This document shows positions 25,101 through 38,646 of a stretch of 64,000 nucleotides of DNA, piece after piece. This DNA comes from Tubiluchus corallicola (lineage: Eukaryota; Animalia; Priapulida). A program made the translations under genes and the position numbers. How positions within the stretch are numbered: position 1 is the stretch's first letter; the number at the start of each line of letters is the position of its first letter. The stretch is taken from positions 1,006,447 to 1,070,446 of the forward strand of contig JAQGDQ010000013.1 of NCBI GenBank assembly GCA_030141605.1, written 5' to 3'. Under the pieces are notes generated by a model. The model ran no database searches and was not told the origin of the DNA. It worked only from the letters and a program-made list of their open reading frames with translations.

Positions 25101-28100
25101 TTAAGACACTGGTCAGGCAGAAAATGTAAAATAAAAAAACTGCCTTCGAGACAGGTAAGTATAATATTGATCCAGTAAAAACTAGACACCACTATGTCAG
25201 CACCAGACTACCAGTTCCGTTTTATTGCAGTAGCCTGGAAACTTCTACTGTTTACTGCTACGTTAGCTAAAATTCGTCTTCATTCACCGTATTAGTTTAT
25301 GCGCAATTTATGAATTTAGTCACATTTTAAAACAATTTCTTTTTAAGGTACTTTCTACTTTAAGGGGAAGAAAAGTGAATTTTAATGAAAAGCCCAAAGG
25401 ACTTTACATACAAAGTTAGATTATTTAGCATTGCATTTATCTGTTTGAAAGATTTACATAATTGCAAAGAAAAATCTTGATAATTTCAAACTTTTTCGCC
25501 AACTGGTAAAACCTCATTGCGTCATCACCCCAGTGTGCATCACTGATTCCGAAAAAATACATTATTATTCTTATTGATAATGCAGAGTAATTTAAACTTT
25601 TACTTAGTTATCAAACAGTATGCTGTGAATGCTCTGGTTATTTATTCAAACTTCACGCAATGTTATCTAAACTTGTTTCAAACGACTTACCGTTAATGGC
25701 TAAGCCAAACAGTCATCGTGGGAGTTTAAATTTACTAGTTCCATACAGCTTTAATGTTAACGCAAACCCTGCATGCAAAGCTAGCGAACATTATGCTATA
25801 AATGCTCTGATTATGTTTTCAAACTTCACGCAAAGTTATTAAAACTTCTTTCAAACGACTTACTGTTAAAATGGCTGAGCTTAACGGTCACCTTGGGAGT
25901 TTAAATTTACCAGTTTCGTACAGCGTTGCTGCCGACGCAAACCCTGTACGTAATAAGCCAGGATATAAGTGGTATAAAATTTCAAGACTAATTTTGTACG
26001 CTTTCTTGTATTTTAATATGTAAATCACAACTCACATGTTTTTATAATGCATTGAAATCAGTTATTATTGTCGGTTCACTATTGTTTCTAAACTCAAACT
26101 AACGCCATGATATAAAACAGCCCATTCGTTCGATTTTTTTGTTTTTTTTACAAAATGTTTTTGATTTTTGAAGAACTATAAAACGGGAAGCAACTTGTAA
26201 GCAATCATTAACCCAGTGACAGCTAGGCCTACTTGAGCTGTCTGAGACAGCCACCACGGTACACGATGTACCAAAACTGTCAACCGCCGTATTTAACTAA
26301 CTACTCTCTTCCGTCTGCATTTCAGATGCGCAATAATTACTTCATTCCACCGATTGTGCTCAGGGGGTCAAAGGCACCAACATTCGCAGTTTTGAGCCTC
26401 GGGACATTGTTCTTTTGCTGTCCTTTGCTGGGATTCATCGCTAGCGTGTATTCTTTTAAGGTAAGACTCTAATTATTTGTAATCAGGTCACCTTCCGGTG
26501 AACTTTAACTGAGACAATTGAAGTCAAGCAAGTCATGGGCAGAGCGCCCCGGAACATGCATATGTGAACAACGAGCTATGTTCGTACAGGGTGGTCTGAA
26601 AGGAATAGAAGTGAGCTGATGGAATGAAATAAAAAGGTTTCAAAATGAACTTAGGTTTCTGCATAATATTTACAAAGATACAAAAGTAATTTAATATTTG
26701 CACAAGTCAAAAATTTTCTACTTAGAACTGACCACAATTTCTGGAAGTCATATGGTGTAATATCGGCATGTTTATAGCATTTTAGAGAACTGTTTTTTGG
26801 AACACCCTATTCAACTTTAACGGATGGCAGGGGCTCATAAGCCTACTATAAACTATTCTTTATATAAAATAAGGTTTTGTTGGATGGAAGTTTAGCAGAA
26901 ATAGATAAAGAACAGACCATATAAAAGTGGAAATTTATAATTTGCAAATTGTGAGAAATGTTGTTAATCTCAAGATAGTGAACATTACACCTCATTGGAA
27001 AGGGTGCCCCAGGGAAAAAGAATCCAGGTAAAAAAGTTACAAGGAAAAAGAAGAGTATGGAAAAAGAAAATTAATAACTCTATCCCTAACCCTAACATTA
27101 ACTCTAACCCTAACTTTAACCCTAACTCTAACCCTAACTCTAACTCGAACTCTAACCCTAACTTCAACCCTAACCCTAACTCTAACTCTAACCCTAACTC
27201 TATTTTCAACCTTAACCCTAACTCTAGCTCTAACTCTAACCCTAAGCCTAACTCTAACCCTAACTCTAACTCTAACTTTAACCCTAATTCTAAGCCAGTA
27301 ACCCTAACCCTAACTCTAACCCTAACTCTAACTCTAACCCTAAGCCTAACTATAACTCTAACCCTAACCCTAACGCTAACTCTAACCCTAATTCTAACTT
27401 CAACCCTAACTCTAACTCTAACCCTAACTCTAACTCTAACTCAAACTTCAACCCTAACCCTAACTCTAACATTAACCCTAACCTGTAACGCTAGCCAAAA
27501 TTGATTGTGACTTTTTTCTCTGTCAAAAGTGTAACTTTTCCCCCTCCCCGTGACTTCTTTTCCTGTAACTTTATTAACGGTCACCGAAAAAAGTTTTGTT
27601 TTTTCACAGTTAATTATTTTCCTTTGGTTACGGTTGGATTGTTTGCGCAGTTGTAGCACACTAATTCGGTACGTTTTTTACTCTGCACAATTTGCAGATA
27701 ATTAAGCTTAAATTGTTTCTACTTGTTCCAAACATCTCCGTTGTTTACTTTCAAAATATAGTTAAGGCTATTTGTGTTTCTGCAAAGTAGGTTAGGCCTA
27801 CTACATATAAATTACTAACACTACTTTGTAATGTAAGACTAAACTAATTAAGCTATTATACTGGTGTAATTTGCAGTTATCTGTGTTATACCTCCCGATA
27901 ACGAGCACGATGCTTTTTTAATGACTTCCACCTTTCAACTTTCAACATTGTGCTGGAGTAGTGAAAATTTTCTACTTTTAAACTTTTAGCGCTCAGCAAA
28001 TAGCTGCCATGATGTCTGTAGGGCAATTTTGTGCGTTTCCTCTATTATCATAAAGAGCTCCGCGTAAATTATAAGCCTACGCTTTGTTGACCCGCGGTCA

Positions 28101-31100
28101 TTGCAACTGATAAAATCTTCGTTTTATGAAAAGTGTTTTTCTTTTCACTGGCTTTAACCGGCTTTTAGTTGTTAACTTACGCCTAGTCTTCAAAAGAATC
28201 ACATTCAAATGAACCGAACTCTTGCTACGAGATCAATGTGTTCACTAACAGATACTTTGTACATAACTATTTGTTGAAGGCGTGTTCTCTAATTTTTTCG
28301 CGCCAAATAGCCCCAAAAACAGCTTGTATGAAAACGAGCTTTGTTTTAGGAAAGCGAAAGTAAAGAGAAAAGAACTTTGAAAAAGAAATGAAACAAGGCG
28401 TTATTGTCAAATACTTCGGCAATTAAAAGAAGGGCAAATGACCAAATTACATTCGGGTAGCGACAAGTTTTCACCTCTAAATAGTGTAAAAAAGTAGGTT
28501 GTTAAGGCACTATAGTGACTACTGTACAAGTGCAAATTCCTGTATATTTTCTGTGAAAACTTACGTACAGTCTATCATCGAAATTTTTGCGCTTACACAT
28601 TTACAAAATGGGATGTAATCTATGCAGTCGCTTTACGTTGATGTAATAAAACTTCAATCACAGTGTTTTGAATGACCGCATGGACGGCCTCTTATTGAAA
28701 CTTCGAGACAACTGGGTACATTTACTTACAAAACTCTACGTACAAGTTCATCCTATGCGCATAGGAATGCAAGACATGACTAACTTACTAAAGTATTTAG
28801 AAATTTATAAATTTTTCCCGTGATAAATACGTGTCTTTGGTGGAACGGTGACTTAAAGGAAAGGCAAGTCACTTAGCATCTTGGGTTTGTTTAAGTTTTC
28901 TCATTTAAACTTAGAAAAAAGGTAACAAAGGAATTACAAAAAAATAATGTATAAAGCATAAAATTAATTTATACAATCGCGGTATAAAATTTTTCAGGCG
29001 CGCTGGTAGCCGCCATTCACTTGAAAATTATGACGTAACTGGTGGACTTCGTTGTACAGAAATCTTCAGGTGCGGTGGTAGCTGCCATTCACTTGAAAAT
29101 TATGACGTAACTGGTGGACTTTGTAGACTTTTTGTAAGCTCGTCGTAGCTTTCCATAAGCGCTGCTTAAACTGATTCATGTCAATACATCACAAAATTAG
29201 CTATCTACATCACAAAATTATTCTTTAGACAAAAGCTGACAGTGTGCTGCTTTTCTTCAGCTGATGAATGACATCAGCGGTGGAAGAGTGGGCGTTAAAA
29301 ATGGGAGGGGCCAAGCGTGAAATCATCACGACTTTAAAGTGATATTACAAATTACCCAAGGCGTTTTCTTTTTTATTTACACACACTTTTATTACTAAAT
29401 CTTTCTAACATTTTTCGTGAACATTGAAATAAGCTTAACTTCGTAAAAGACTTGGCCTTTCCTTTAAGATATTAAGCCGAGAATATTTTAGCTTTTTTTG
29501 TAAGTTCTACGCGCAATTTTAAAGCATGGCGGCCAGTAATCCGGCTGATATGAAATTACTACAACGGCAACCTATAGCTATTTTTACTGACGTCTTTATT
29601 TGAAATACCCACACGGGCAAGTTTGAACAAGAATTTGACCAGAAACTTTAACATTAATCATCAAGTAAATTACCCAGCAAATACGCTGAAAAAAGACCAC
29701 AGAATTATGGCAACCTGTCAAAGTCGCTACGGGGTGACTGTTATTATAGGATAACCCTAATTACTGTAGAGTAATTTGCAATTTTAATGTATGACCCTAT
29801 AATAAAGAGCTGTAGCTAACGCAAGAATGTAGTCACTTCATGTATCTACAATGCATACGATGACTACTGACTTGGCAGGTTGAAGATTATCTGACACAAC
29901 GAGCTGCTGCTACAATTACTGTACGTGATGAACATAATAACGGGATACAATGATATGTTACTGCCATTGTGTTATACGTAAGTTTCCATTTAAATTCAAG
30001 TGCGCCGCCCACCTGGGTAGTAAATTAAAATAATTTTCTGTAAAAATGGGTCGCATTTTAAATTCAATTGGCGATGTAAACTCTACTAGCGCCTTACTGG
30101 GAACAGAGAGACGTTTGTTATTCTTGCTCGAGTATCGTTTTTAACTAACAGAAAATGCTTTTCCAATACTTATTCCAACACCGAAATTACGAATTTGAGT
30201 TAAATTGGTTTCAAAAACGCACTATATAGATCTATTAAATTTGTTCTACAAAATTTAATTGTGGAATGAGGAAGTAAATTAATTTTGAAACACTAAACTA
30301 GCGATGCTGTCATAAATAATACCGAGTTTATTGTAATTACGCATATTTCTCTTTTTGACGACCACCATGTCATTGCAATGTTTCACCACCGCGTGTGTTT
30401 TATTTGTTTAGATAATTAAAATGTCTTTGTTTGACAGTTTAAACATTTCCGCGTGCCCTAGAGCTGTTCTCTCCACTATAAAATCATGTTTCCTTGCAGG
30501 TCTGTACGTCATATACTTGATTGTAAAACATCCCAACTCGAATCGAATGCCTTTTCTTTGTTGACTTCAGGCGGCTTTTTTGCCCTCAAATTTTCTTGTT
30601 GGCTTTGTAGATTTACCAGACATTGACACTTGACATAACCACCTTGACAACTGCTTGCTGAAATTATTTATTTGTTCACAGTTGAGCTGCGGTCAGTGAA
30701 GGAAAAAATGCGCAAAAAGTGACAGGATAGAAGAGGCATGCTGTAGTTAGGTATTAACTGCCTGCCCCAAGTATGCTAGATTTGTGCATTTCTCGCAGAA
30801 TTCTTTGTTGCATTCCAAACATCAAGTTCAAGTGTTCAATCAGTTTATTTCACATACATTACATAACGTAATACCAACACAGTCTAAAAGTGTCCACGCT
30901 CGTAACACGTGTAATGATTAACAAACGTGTTACTTGCAAGAGGACTCAAAAACGTCTAATGAAAACTCTTAACAACACTAGTGTTATCTTGCAAGATTTT
31001 TCAAAGCTTGAAACAAAATACATCCCATTACACGCGTTAATTGTCACTTTAGCTAACAATAAATTTATGTAATAATTTGCATTAAAAAGTAGTGTCTTAT

Positions 31101-33570
31101 AGTATAACTCGACTGAAATCACATGAGACCTAAGAAGTGGACTTATGGTAGGCCATCTACGTATTAAGTGATTAGTTTCACATATAATTAGTAAAACAGA
31201 CTATTAATATTAAAAATGAAAAATCCAAGTGACAAACTATAAACAGGGCAATGTACGAGAAAAAAGAATTTAACTGAATTGTAATCAGGAAATACAAACT
31301 AAACATGGAGAAAAATGAAATGAATCACAATAAATCTATGATCCTCATTGTAAACAGAAGTAGGTGGTACAAAACTTAATCACAATTGTAATAATGTAGT
31401 TATAAATTTATGTATTGTATATTAACTGTAGTATTTAGAACCTAGATGATTGTCATATATATATATATATATATCCAGGCAAGAACCGCCCCAGTTTGAC
31501 TGAAGTGGAGCCAGTTTTTGTAGTCTAAACCATGACCAGACCCACCTAGAACGCCAGAACAACCCCTCTCACAAAGGGGGAAATTTAACAACCTCTTTGG
31601 TCTGCTTTGGGACGCGTGTGGTGTAGTACATTTATTTGCAAAGACCGGCTAACAGCGCCTACAACTCTTTCATTAGGGTGTGTTCACATTTTCGCGGCTG
31701 CTGCGACGCTGACAATAACGGGGTTAAGTTCACAAGGTTCAGTTAAATCACTCATCCAAAAGTTACGATCATCCATCCGACCTGCTGGACAAGCAGATTG
31801 AACACGTGAACATTTACAAAATTTTAATACTGTAGTATTATACAGAAATATATTCGAAAAATTCAAAATTGATAGGTTATCCACTTGCTTTGTTAGCCAT
31901 AGTTTATTACAGGAGTTTATTAAATCAACCTTTCGCTTTACAATACAATAGAATTTACTGTTAGACCATTAACCAGCCAAGTTATTTTTATTATTTGTAA
32001 ATGCATTTTTATTATTACTATTGTCGTTAAAATATTATGTTTATATAGATCATGTGTGTAAGTTTAATCACCATCTGCTGATTGTAATTGAATCAAATAT
32101 TTTAGCAAATCGAGTGTGATATTAGTTATGATGTCCACTATTCTTTTATTAGCACTTTAACTCTACACTAGCACCGTGGAGATACCTGTATCAGATCCAG
32201 TCTGCTTTGTAAATCCACTATAAATAAAAAAGTTTAACATAAATTAAAGTAGCTTTGAGCGGTGAATCTTCCCAAAATTTTAGAATGTCGTTTATCCATC
32301 CCAGACATGTCATATTACTTGAGGTTGTAAATCACATGTACATTCAGTGGAGTGAGGAGTGTTGATGTTTTGTAAGTATTGTGTTGAACCTTTTCATGTT
32401 TAAACCTCCACGGTCTGCCAAACCAATTATTGTGGCTGTTGACCACGTGAGTGGTTAAAACTGGGTATTTCCGTTAATCTAATAACGTTTCATTGTAGGA
32501 AGTAACTTTCACTAGTTTTTATCAGCCTGTACAAAAGTTAATCACTGACCGACGGCGAACCCGGACAAGAAGCTACTTTAAGCTTACTGTGTACACATTG
32601 AAAACGTAGATGATGCCACTTCAGCATTTAAAGTCTGTTTCCTAGTTTCACGATTTAAAGTGAACAAACAACGTTGAAGTATTTCTCTTTTGAGGAGGAA
32701 ATCATAAGTTTCTTTTTTAAAATAAGTTGACTCAGAATATACATTGAACAAAAATCTGCAGGCTCAGATCCTTATTCACGAAAACATTTTATGCAGAATG
32801 CACCAATGAAGGTACTTATGAATACCTAACTACACAGTTAAGTATTAATTAATTGCCATGGACGGGAAAAAGGGAATGGAAATTTCTTGCAGGTGTAATC
32901 TAGAACTTTCTGCTTGCAAATGTGTTTTACCAGTTAAGCTGTAGAGAACAGCTAGTAGCAGTAAACATGGACATATAATTTCAAAAACATCTGTCAGACA
33001 TTCATAAAAAAACGACAACTGATAATTTATTAATAAAAAGCATCACGTAATACACACTTTTTATATTCATTTTACAATTAATGGCGAATGGGCATAAAAG
33101 TAGAATCAGCCGCTATAGAGTGGAGCTCATTGTGATTTGAAAGAAGCAAGTCTAGTATAGTAGTTATGCAATTCCGAATTTTCGTTGAAGTAGTCGAAAA
33201 ACAATGGTAGAAAACACATAAAGTATCACAAACGATAATTATGGACATGTCATTAAGGAGCAGAAGCGAGTAATGCCTGGTTTCTTTCTACCTACCACCT
33301 GATAGCCGATGGTCCATGGTTCAACTCAGGGTTGCTGTGAAAAATACAAAAAAATCTACTTGAAAATAGTAAAAAAACGTCCTAATTAATCTTATTTACA
33401 TTTTAATATTTCAGACGAGTCAAAAGAACAGACGTGGTTTGTACAAAGATGCGTGGAGAACGTCCAAGAAGGCATGGCGCTGGGCTCTCAGTGCTGCTGT
33501 ATGTGGGATTTGCATCATCATAGTGCTCATAGTATTGGGTATACTTGGACATCTACGAATCGATGATTGA
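22117..33570 (+). CDS. Proline-rich transmembrane protein, CD225/dispanin family (PRRT1/PRRT2-like), ~380 aa; exons 22117-22968, 26326-26460, 33415-33570
   Basis: Long Pro/Tyr-rich disordered N-terminus, then CD225 signature 'LSLGTLFFCCPLLGFIASVYSFK|TSQKNRRGLYKDAWRTSKKAWRWALSAAVCGICIIIVLIVLGIL'. Both introns are phase 0 GT-AG, and the second falls after YSxK as is typical of dispanins. Confidence 0.85.
25360..25920 (+). mobile_element. Interspersed repeat (family B) with internal duplication
   Basis: Homologous to 15300-15690; segment ~25625-25780 is repeated at ~25800-25950. Confidence 0.6.
27003..27585. mobile_element. Putative non-autonomous element with inverted arms around a degenerate telomere-like (CCCTAA/CTCTAA)n core (27075-27483)
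   Basis: Left arm ggtaaaaaagttacaaggaaaaagaag resembles the reverse complement of the right arm (gttaataaagttacaggaaaagaagtcac); hexamer array lies between. Confidence 0.65.
28857..29463 (-). mobile_element. Kolobok-like MITE, full length (family A)
   Basis: TTAA|AGGAAAGGC ... GCCTTTCCT|TTAA: TTAA TSD with purine-starting TIRs. Internal tandem duplication at ~28993-29121. Confidence 0.75.
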
Positions 33571-34751
33571 ATGTAATACGTAGTGCTCCGAGATGTTCAA
33601 ATTTTACTCGTGCCAAGTACGAATTAGTGGTAATTATTGACGAGTGTCATCTATTTAAGATGATTGTATGGAGAATGACGACAGACGGGCACGAAACATG
33701 CTAACATTGTAGTAGTATAGATGACTCGGAACTAAAACTTGTCTTACGAACTTACAGAGTCTATTTGCTCAAAACTGTGTTATGAAAACGTTATTAACAT
33801 TAAATAATTTTATAACTTGGTACTTATTAAAATATTGTTAAAAACAAACATATGGCAGTAGTAATTTATCATTGTATAGACCCTTTCGTGTTAGTAACGA
33901 CTTTTGGCTAATTAAGAGGCATTATAGTCGTATCTTTGCTGTTCATGACGCCATTGACCTGGGACAAACGTCGAATCACTCTTCAAGATACGCGAAACAT
34001 TCAATTTTAATAAAGACGACGGAAAAAACTCAGTAAAGATAAGGCGTTGCAGTGAGAAAGAAGTAAAAGACAAAACATTTAGGGTCAAAAACCAGAAGTG
34101 TGGCTATGCACGTCAAAAATCCCTAGAATTCCAGACTTGGCCATTGTAGACACGGAGCAAAGATTTTTTATCTGTGTGAGATCAGTGAAACGATATCTTC
34201 TATTCAAGATGTAAACGTATCGTCATTTCCCAGTAGGAATGTTACCCTTGTACACAAACCAGACAATTCTGTTTTAATGTTGAAGGTTTTTTTTTCTAGA
34301 AAGTGTCTAGCTTTCACGCCCATTATTTAATGTCCTTCCCCGAAGGCTGTATAATTACATAATACACTAACTGCTATGAATTTTAATTGACACGGTTCAT
34401 AAAACTACTAGTTCTAAGTCTATGATTTTCTTTTGACATAAAGCAGCTGACATGTGAAAAATTGTCTGTTTTAATTGTCAAGACTTTTACAGAAATGTGT
34501 AAAGCAAAAGCATTGTTAAAATGCTGTCGTGTGGGCCTTCAAAAAGATTGAAGTAGGCAATGACCTTTGTACCATGAAATAAGCAAGCAAATGCAACAGT
34601 TACGGTGCAAATCGACATTAAAATTTTGTTATTCGATACACAATATACGAATTGTGTTTCGAACCAAAACGGTTGAGTTTAAAATCGCCAGGCAAATGAA
34701 ATAAATTCATTTTGGGTTGAATTGAATAGCTTCATTGTGTGTGTGTGTGCT

Positions 34752-34810
34752 TAGCAACCGAAGTTAAGCAACACTAAACTTAGTCAGTGAATGGATGGGC
34801 GTCTGCCGGA
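34752..34810 (+). pseudogene. Degenerate 5S rRNA-like fragment (old SINE head or 5S relic)
   Basis: accgaagttaagcaacactaaacttagtcagtgaatggatgggcg resembles the 5S internal control region (box A to box C). Confidence 0.45.
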
Positions 34811-35004
34811 CTCGTACTCATCCCGGGTAGTTTCGCCTGGCGTACTTGTTATATAATCTCTGCGGTTCACTACTGGATTGACGCAGAGTGCACAGTGGGA
34901 AATTTAACTACCAATGGCACAGTATAAAGTTATGAATTTCAAGCTAAATTAATTTTTCTTGTCAAATGGTACGATGTTAATCTTATTCTTGATTAAAGAA
35001 AACA

Positions 35005-35405
35005 CGATGATTTTTCATATATGTCCCCATTTTCAAGTCTGATGAAAAGTATACATTTTAACACCAATAATACTGCAAAAGCGTTTGGATAATTAAATAA
35101 CAGAATAAAAACAATCAACGGTGGGCGAGCCCAACTATAGATGACATCACAAACTAACACATCTGAACTGAAAGGTATAGGACCTATTTTTATGCAATGT
35201 ATTTCCGAAATGCAGGCACTAGTAGTGCCCGTCTAACTGGCGAAATGCATGTAACAGCGAAGAAGTAGTGGCGCGAAGGTGAAATTGTGTTTCTGTGGTA
35301 ATAATTCTTTCACGTAAGTAATTTTGGAAAAAATAGTACGTCTCCTTTCAATATTTTAATGAGTAGATTGTTTTGACATACAGTTTAACATTGGGTCCAG
35401 TTTTA
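35005..35405 (+). mobile_element. Interspersed repeat (family C), Tc1/mariner-like
   Basis: Homologous to 50321-50892 and, in reverse, to ~18990-19110. Confidence 0.6.
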
Positions 35406-37821
35406 CTTTGTTGACACTCCTCACGGTGTTTAAGGATGGTGAAGAATAATGAGCTTAATTAAGTGAAAGAGATGATGCAGCAGACCTGTGCTTGAAATCA
35501 CAGGAACATTAGCAAGCAACAGTTAAGACATTTAAATGCTCTAAATGAGATTATAACGGTAAGGTCGTCCTTCATAAGCCATTGTTTACCCGCTTGCCTT
35601 TTCTTCTGGGAACCACGTTGACTCGTTAACGCTACTACGTCTATAGTGAGATGACTGCAACGAGGTTAATCCTATAACAGTTTCTCTTCACTCAATTAAC
35701 CTCCAAATAATTTCCTTAAACATTTAGTTGTCAGGTAAAGTATAAGTGTGAAAAAGAAAGGTAAACCCAATCTGATTGTGTTTACAGAGTAAGGGTAAGT
35801 GGTTAAACTGCAAGAGATGTGCACCTGTTTGTATGTAATAAGCCTTTTCACAGTTTTTTGTGCGCACGCGCAGTTACTGTAGGTCAATAGTTAAGTGTAC
35901 CACAGCTACGCATATGAATTACAACCGTCACGTGACATGTGGGTAAAGCAAAGCTGTCTGCCGCAACAGCTCAATTTCTTCAGGTTTTACGTGACTTTAC
36001 TTAATTATAAATTAGTCTGTGCATGGAGTGATTTACTAGCAGAACCTTGCTTGGGAACAAGAAAAAATGAACTAGGTAAGGTTCTAGCCAGCTGTTACTA
36101 TCACAATAACATGGACTGTGAGGTGTTGTCAGGCGCACACAAATGCATTATCTGATACACTTAACCCTTTACCTTTTCAACATCATAATCGATGGAGCTG
36201 TGAAAAGGCTTATTAATTACAGTCCACGATAAAATAATAGGCAAATGCCAAACCAAAATTTATTTGTGTCTAAAAACAAGATCCAGCATTATTTATGATA
36301 TTAGTTTGATTCTACATACAGTACTAACAATGGCGGAATAACAGATTATGCTAATAGTTAGATAATAACAGATGATTTAAAATTAATGATAAAAAATCAA
36401 CGTGCAATTACCTACTCGATATGCAGAATGATACAGACAGTGACAGTGATTAGAAAATGTAATAATAATAAAGCACTAAGAAGTCCTGTACTTAGTACAA
36501 TGGCACGAAATCGTTTAATGTAAAATTTATTGGTGTACTACATCAACATCTTACAGATATAGGTCAAACTAATGTAGTCAAATAGTTGCAATATTTTCTG
36601 ACAGTTTAGACTAATGAGCTTAGTGCTCTCTAAACTAGGACTGGTCTGCTTAATGGCACTTAAGTTAACTAGTTAACAAGATAATAGCAACCCGCATTTT
36701 ATTTAACCCAGTAAGCCTAAGTAAGAATGCCGAGTGTCGCGATCATTTGTTGTGTAAGAATGGGGCAGTCAGACAACAATCTAGGGGCAGTCAAAGACAG
36801 CAATCTTGTAACACTTTCCTTCTCTCATTATTAAATATTAGTCACACAGTTCAAGAGTCTCTGCAGGCGAAGACAGAAGGATCCTAAGGTTTGTGTCACA
36901 CTGGGCTGGAGATAAGGCGTTAAGCCGCGAGGAAAAAAGGCTGCCTCATGAAAAATGAACGTATATGCTAACCAGTAGTTCCTGCCATATAGGTAATCCA
37001 TTTGTCATCTTCCACCTAACGCGGTTTGCCTACCGTAAGCCGCCAGTCATAATCTGCAGTAGTCTCTTAACAAACTGTTTTGAATAGTTCACGAGGCGCC
37101 TTGTGACGAAATGAATTTGACTATTAATTTCATTGACCACAAAGCGTTTTAGGTCCTCACTAACGCGTAATTAGCATGTTTGTAGTTTCTTAATATGGTT
37201 ACCACAAAGCATTTATATGATAAGAATTCACAGATGAACGTCTCATAAACATTAATAAGCAATTTTTAAGCAAATATTTCACTAATACTGCAATTAGACA
37301 CGTGCACTACAGAAACGGATTATGGCAAAAAACCTATTATTTACACACAATAAGGAGCATACCGCGGATTATGATATGTGCCTTATGGAAGATGGAAGAC
37401 ACCCTTACGGCTTATGGTTTATGCCTTGTTCCTTACGCCTTTGTGACATAGGCGTAATTGTTCTATAAAACTGTACATTTAGTTACAGTACAATAAGCTT
37501 AGCTTAAATGAACAATTTATATCCTTATAAAGCAATTTGATACAATTACTTAATAGCAAGATGAGCAGTAGTCCGTAGCTTATCAAATCTGTCAACCCAT
37601 TTTCAGACCAGGAACATTTTTATTTTTATTTCAACAGATATACGCTAGTTGCTATAATCGCACTAATGGCAATAATGTAGCTTATGACTCATTCACATCT
37701 AAATGAATCATTACGCATAATTTCTACCAAAGTTAAACAGTTACATCCTGGTGTCAAAGGCACTGCTTAAATTTGATCACCCATAGCTTAATGCACAATA
37801 ACTCGAACAACAGGAGGATCT

Positions 37822-37828
<7 letters not shown>

Positions 37829-37892
<64 letters not shown>
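37829..37892. repeat. (CT)n microsatellite
   Basis: Seen directly. Confidence 0.95.
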
Positions 37893-37896
<4 letters not shown>

Positions 37897-38646
37897 TTCA
37901 TGAGGACAGAACATATTAAACCTTATCCTTTCCTTTCTTTGCTCACCTTTGCAATTCTTGCAGAATTTAAACCATCATTACAAGAGGATTCTACCTATAT
38001 TACCCGAGTTTTATCACTTAGTTTTATGACTTTTTCAGTGCTATTAAATTCCAGCAAGGTCATCAACGACACTACCCAGTTGAACAAGTCAAAGTATCCT
38101 TGTCACTTAGACATTAAACAGACAATTGCCCCAGCAGCATGAAGATGCAACACCTCTTATTGTACTAAGCAGAAAAGCTTACAAGTAGCGATTCCTCAAC
38201 TTACTTTTTATTTTGCCGACATAAATTAGCATAAATAATGTACAACCTGCAGATGCGAAGGTAGTCAAAAAGTACATATTTATATAGTTTTATCCATCAG
38301 CATGCAATTACTTTAATTTCTCGAGTTATTAAACATGTTAAACAAGCGCAGAGAGAATACAGCTTTTTTATACAACTGATACATTATAGTACACTATGTT
38401 TGGACTTTCTATGTATAGTATACTGAGTCACATACAAATGCTCCTATTTTCAAACAAGCAGAGCAGAAAGTGGAAGCTTCTCGGCATGTGTACACCAGTA
38501 AAAGCACTTGGTAAAATGAATTCCGAGCAAGCGTACCTACAGATCTACACATACAACCAGTGATGTACAATTTGCATATGGTTAAATAACAGCATAATAA
38601 TGATTCAATTCAGCGTGCTTTATTACAAAGCTGGAACAACACGGGG

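Noticed and set aside
26985-27659. NPNSNP / LTLTLT ORFs, or a true telomere
   Set aside because: Degenerate interstitial hexamer repeat inside an intron, with unique sequence on both sides.
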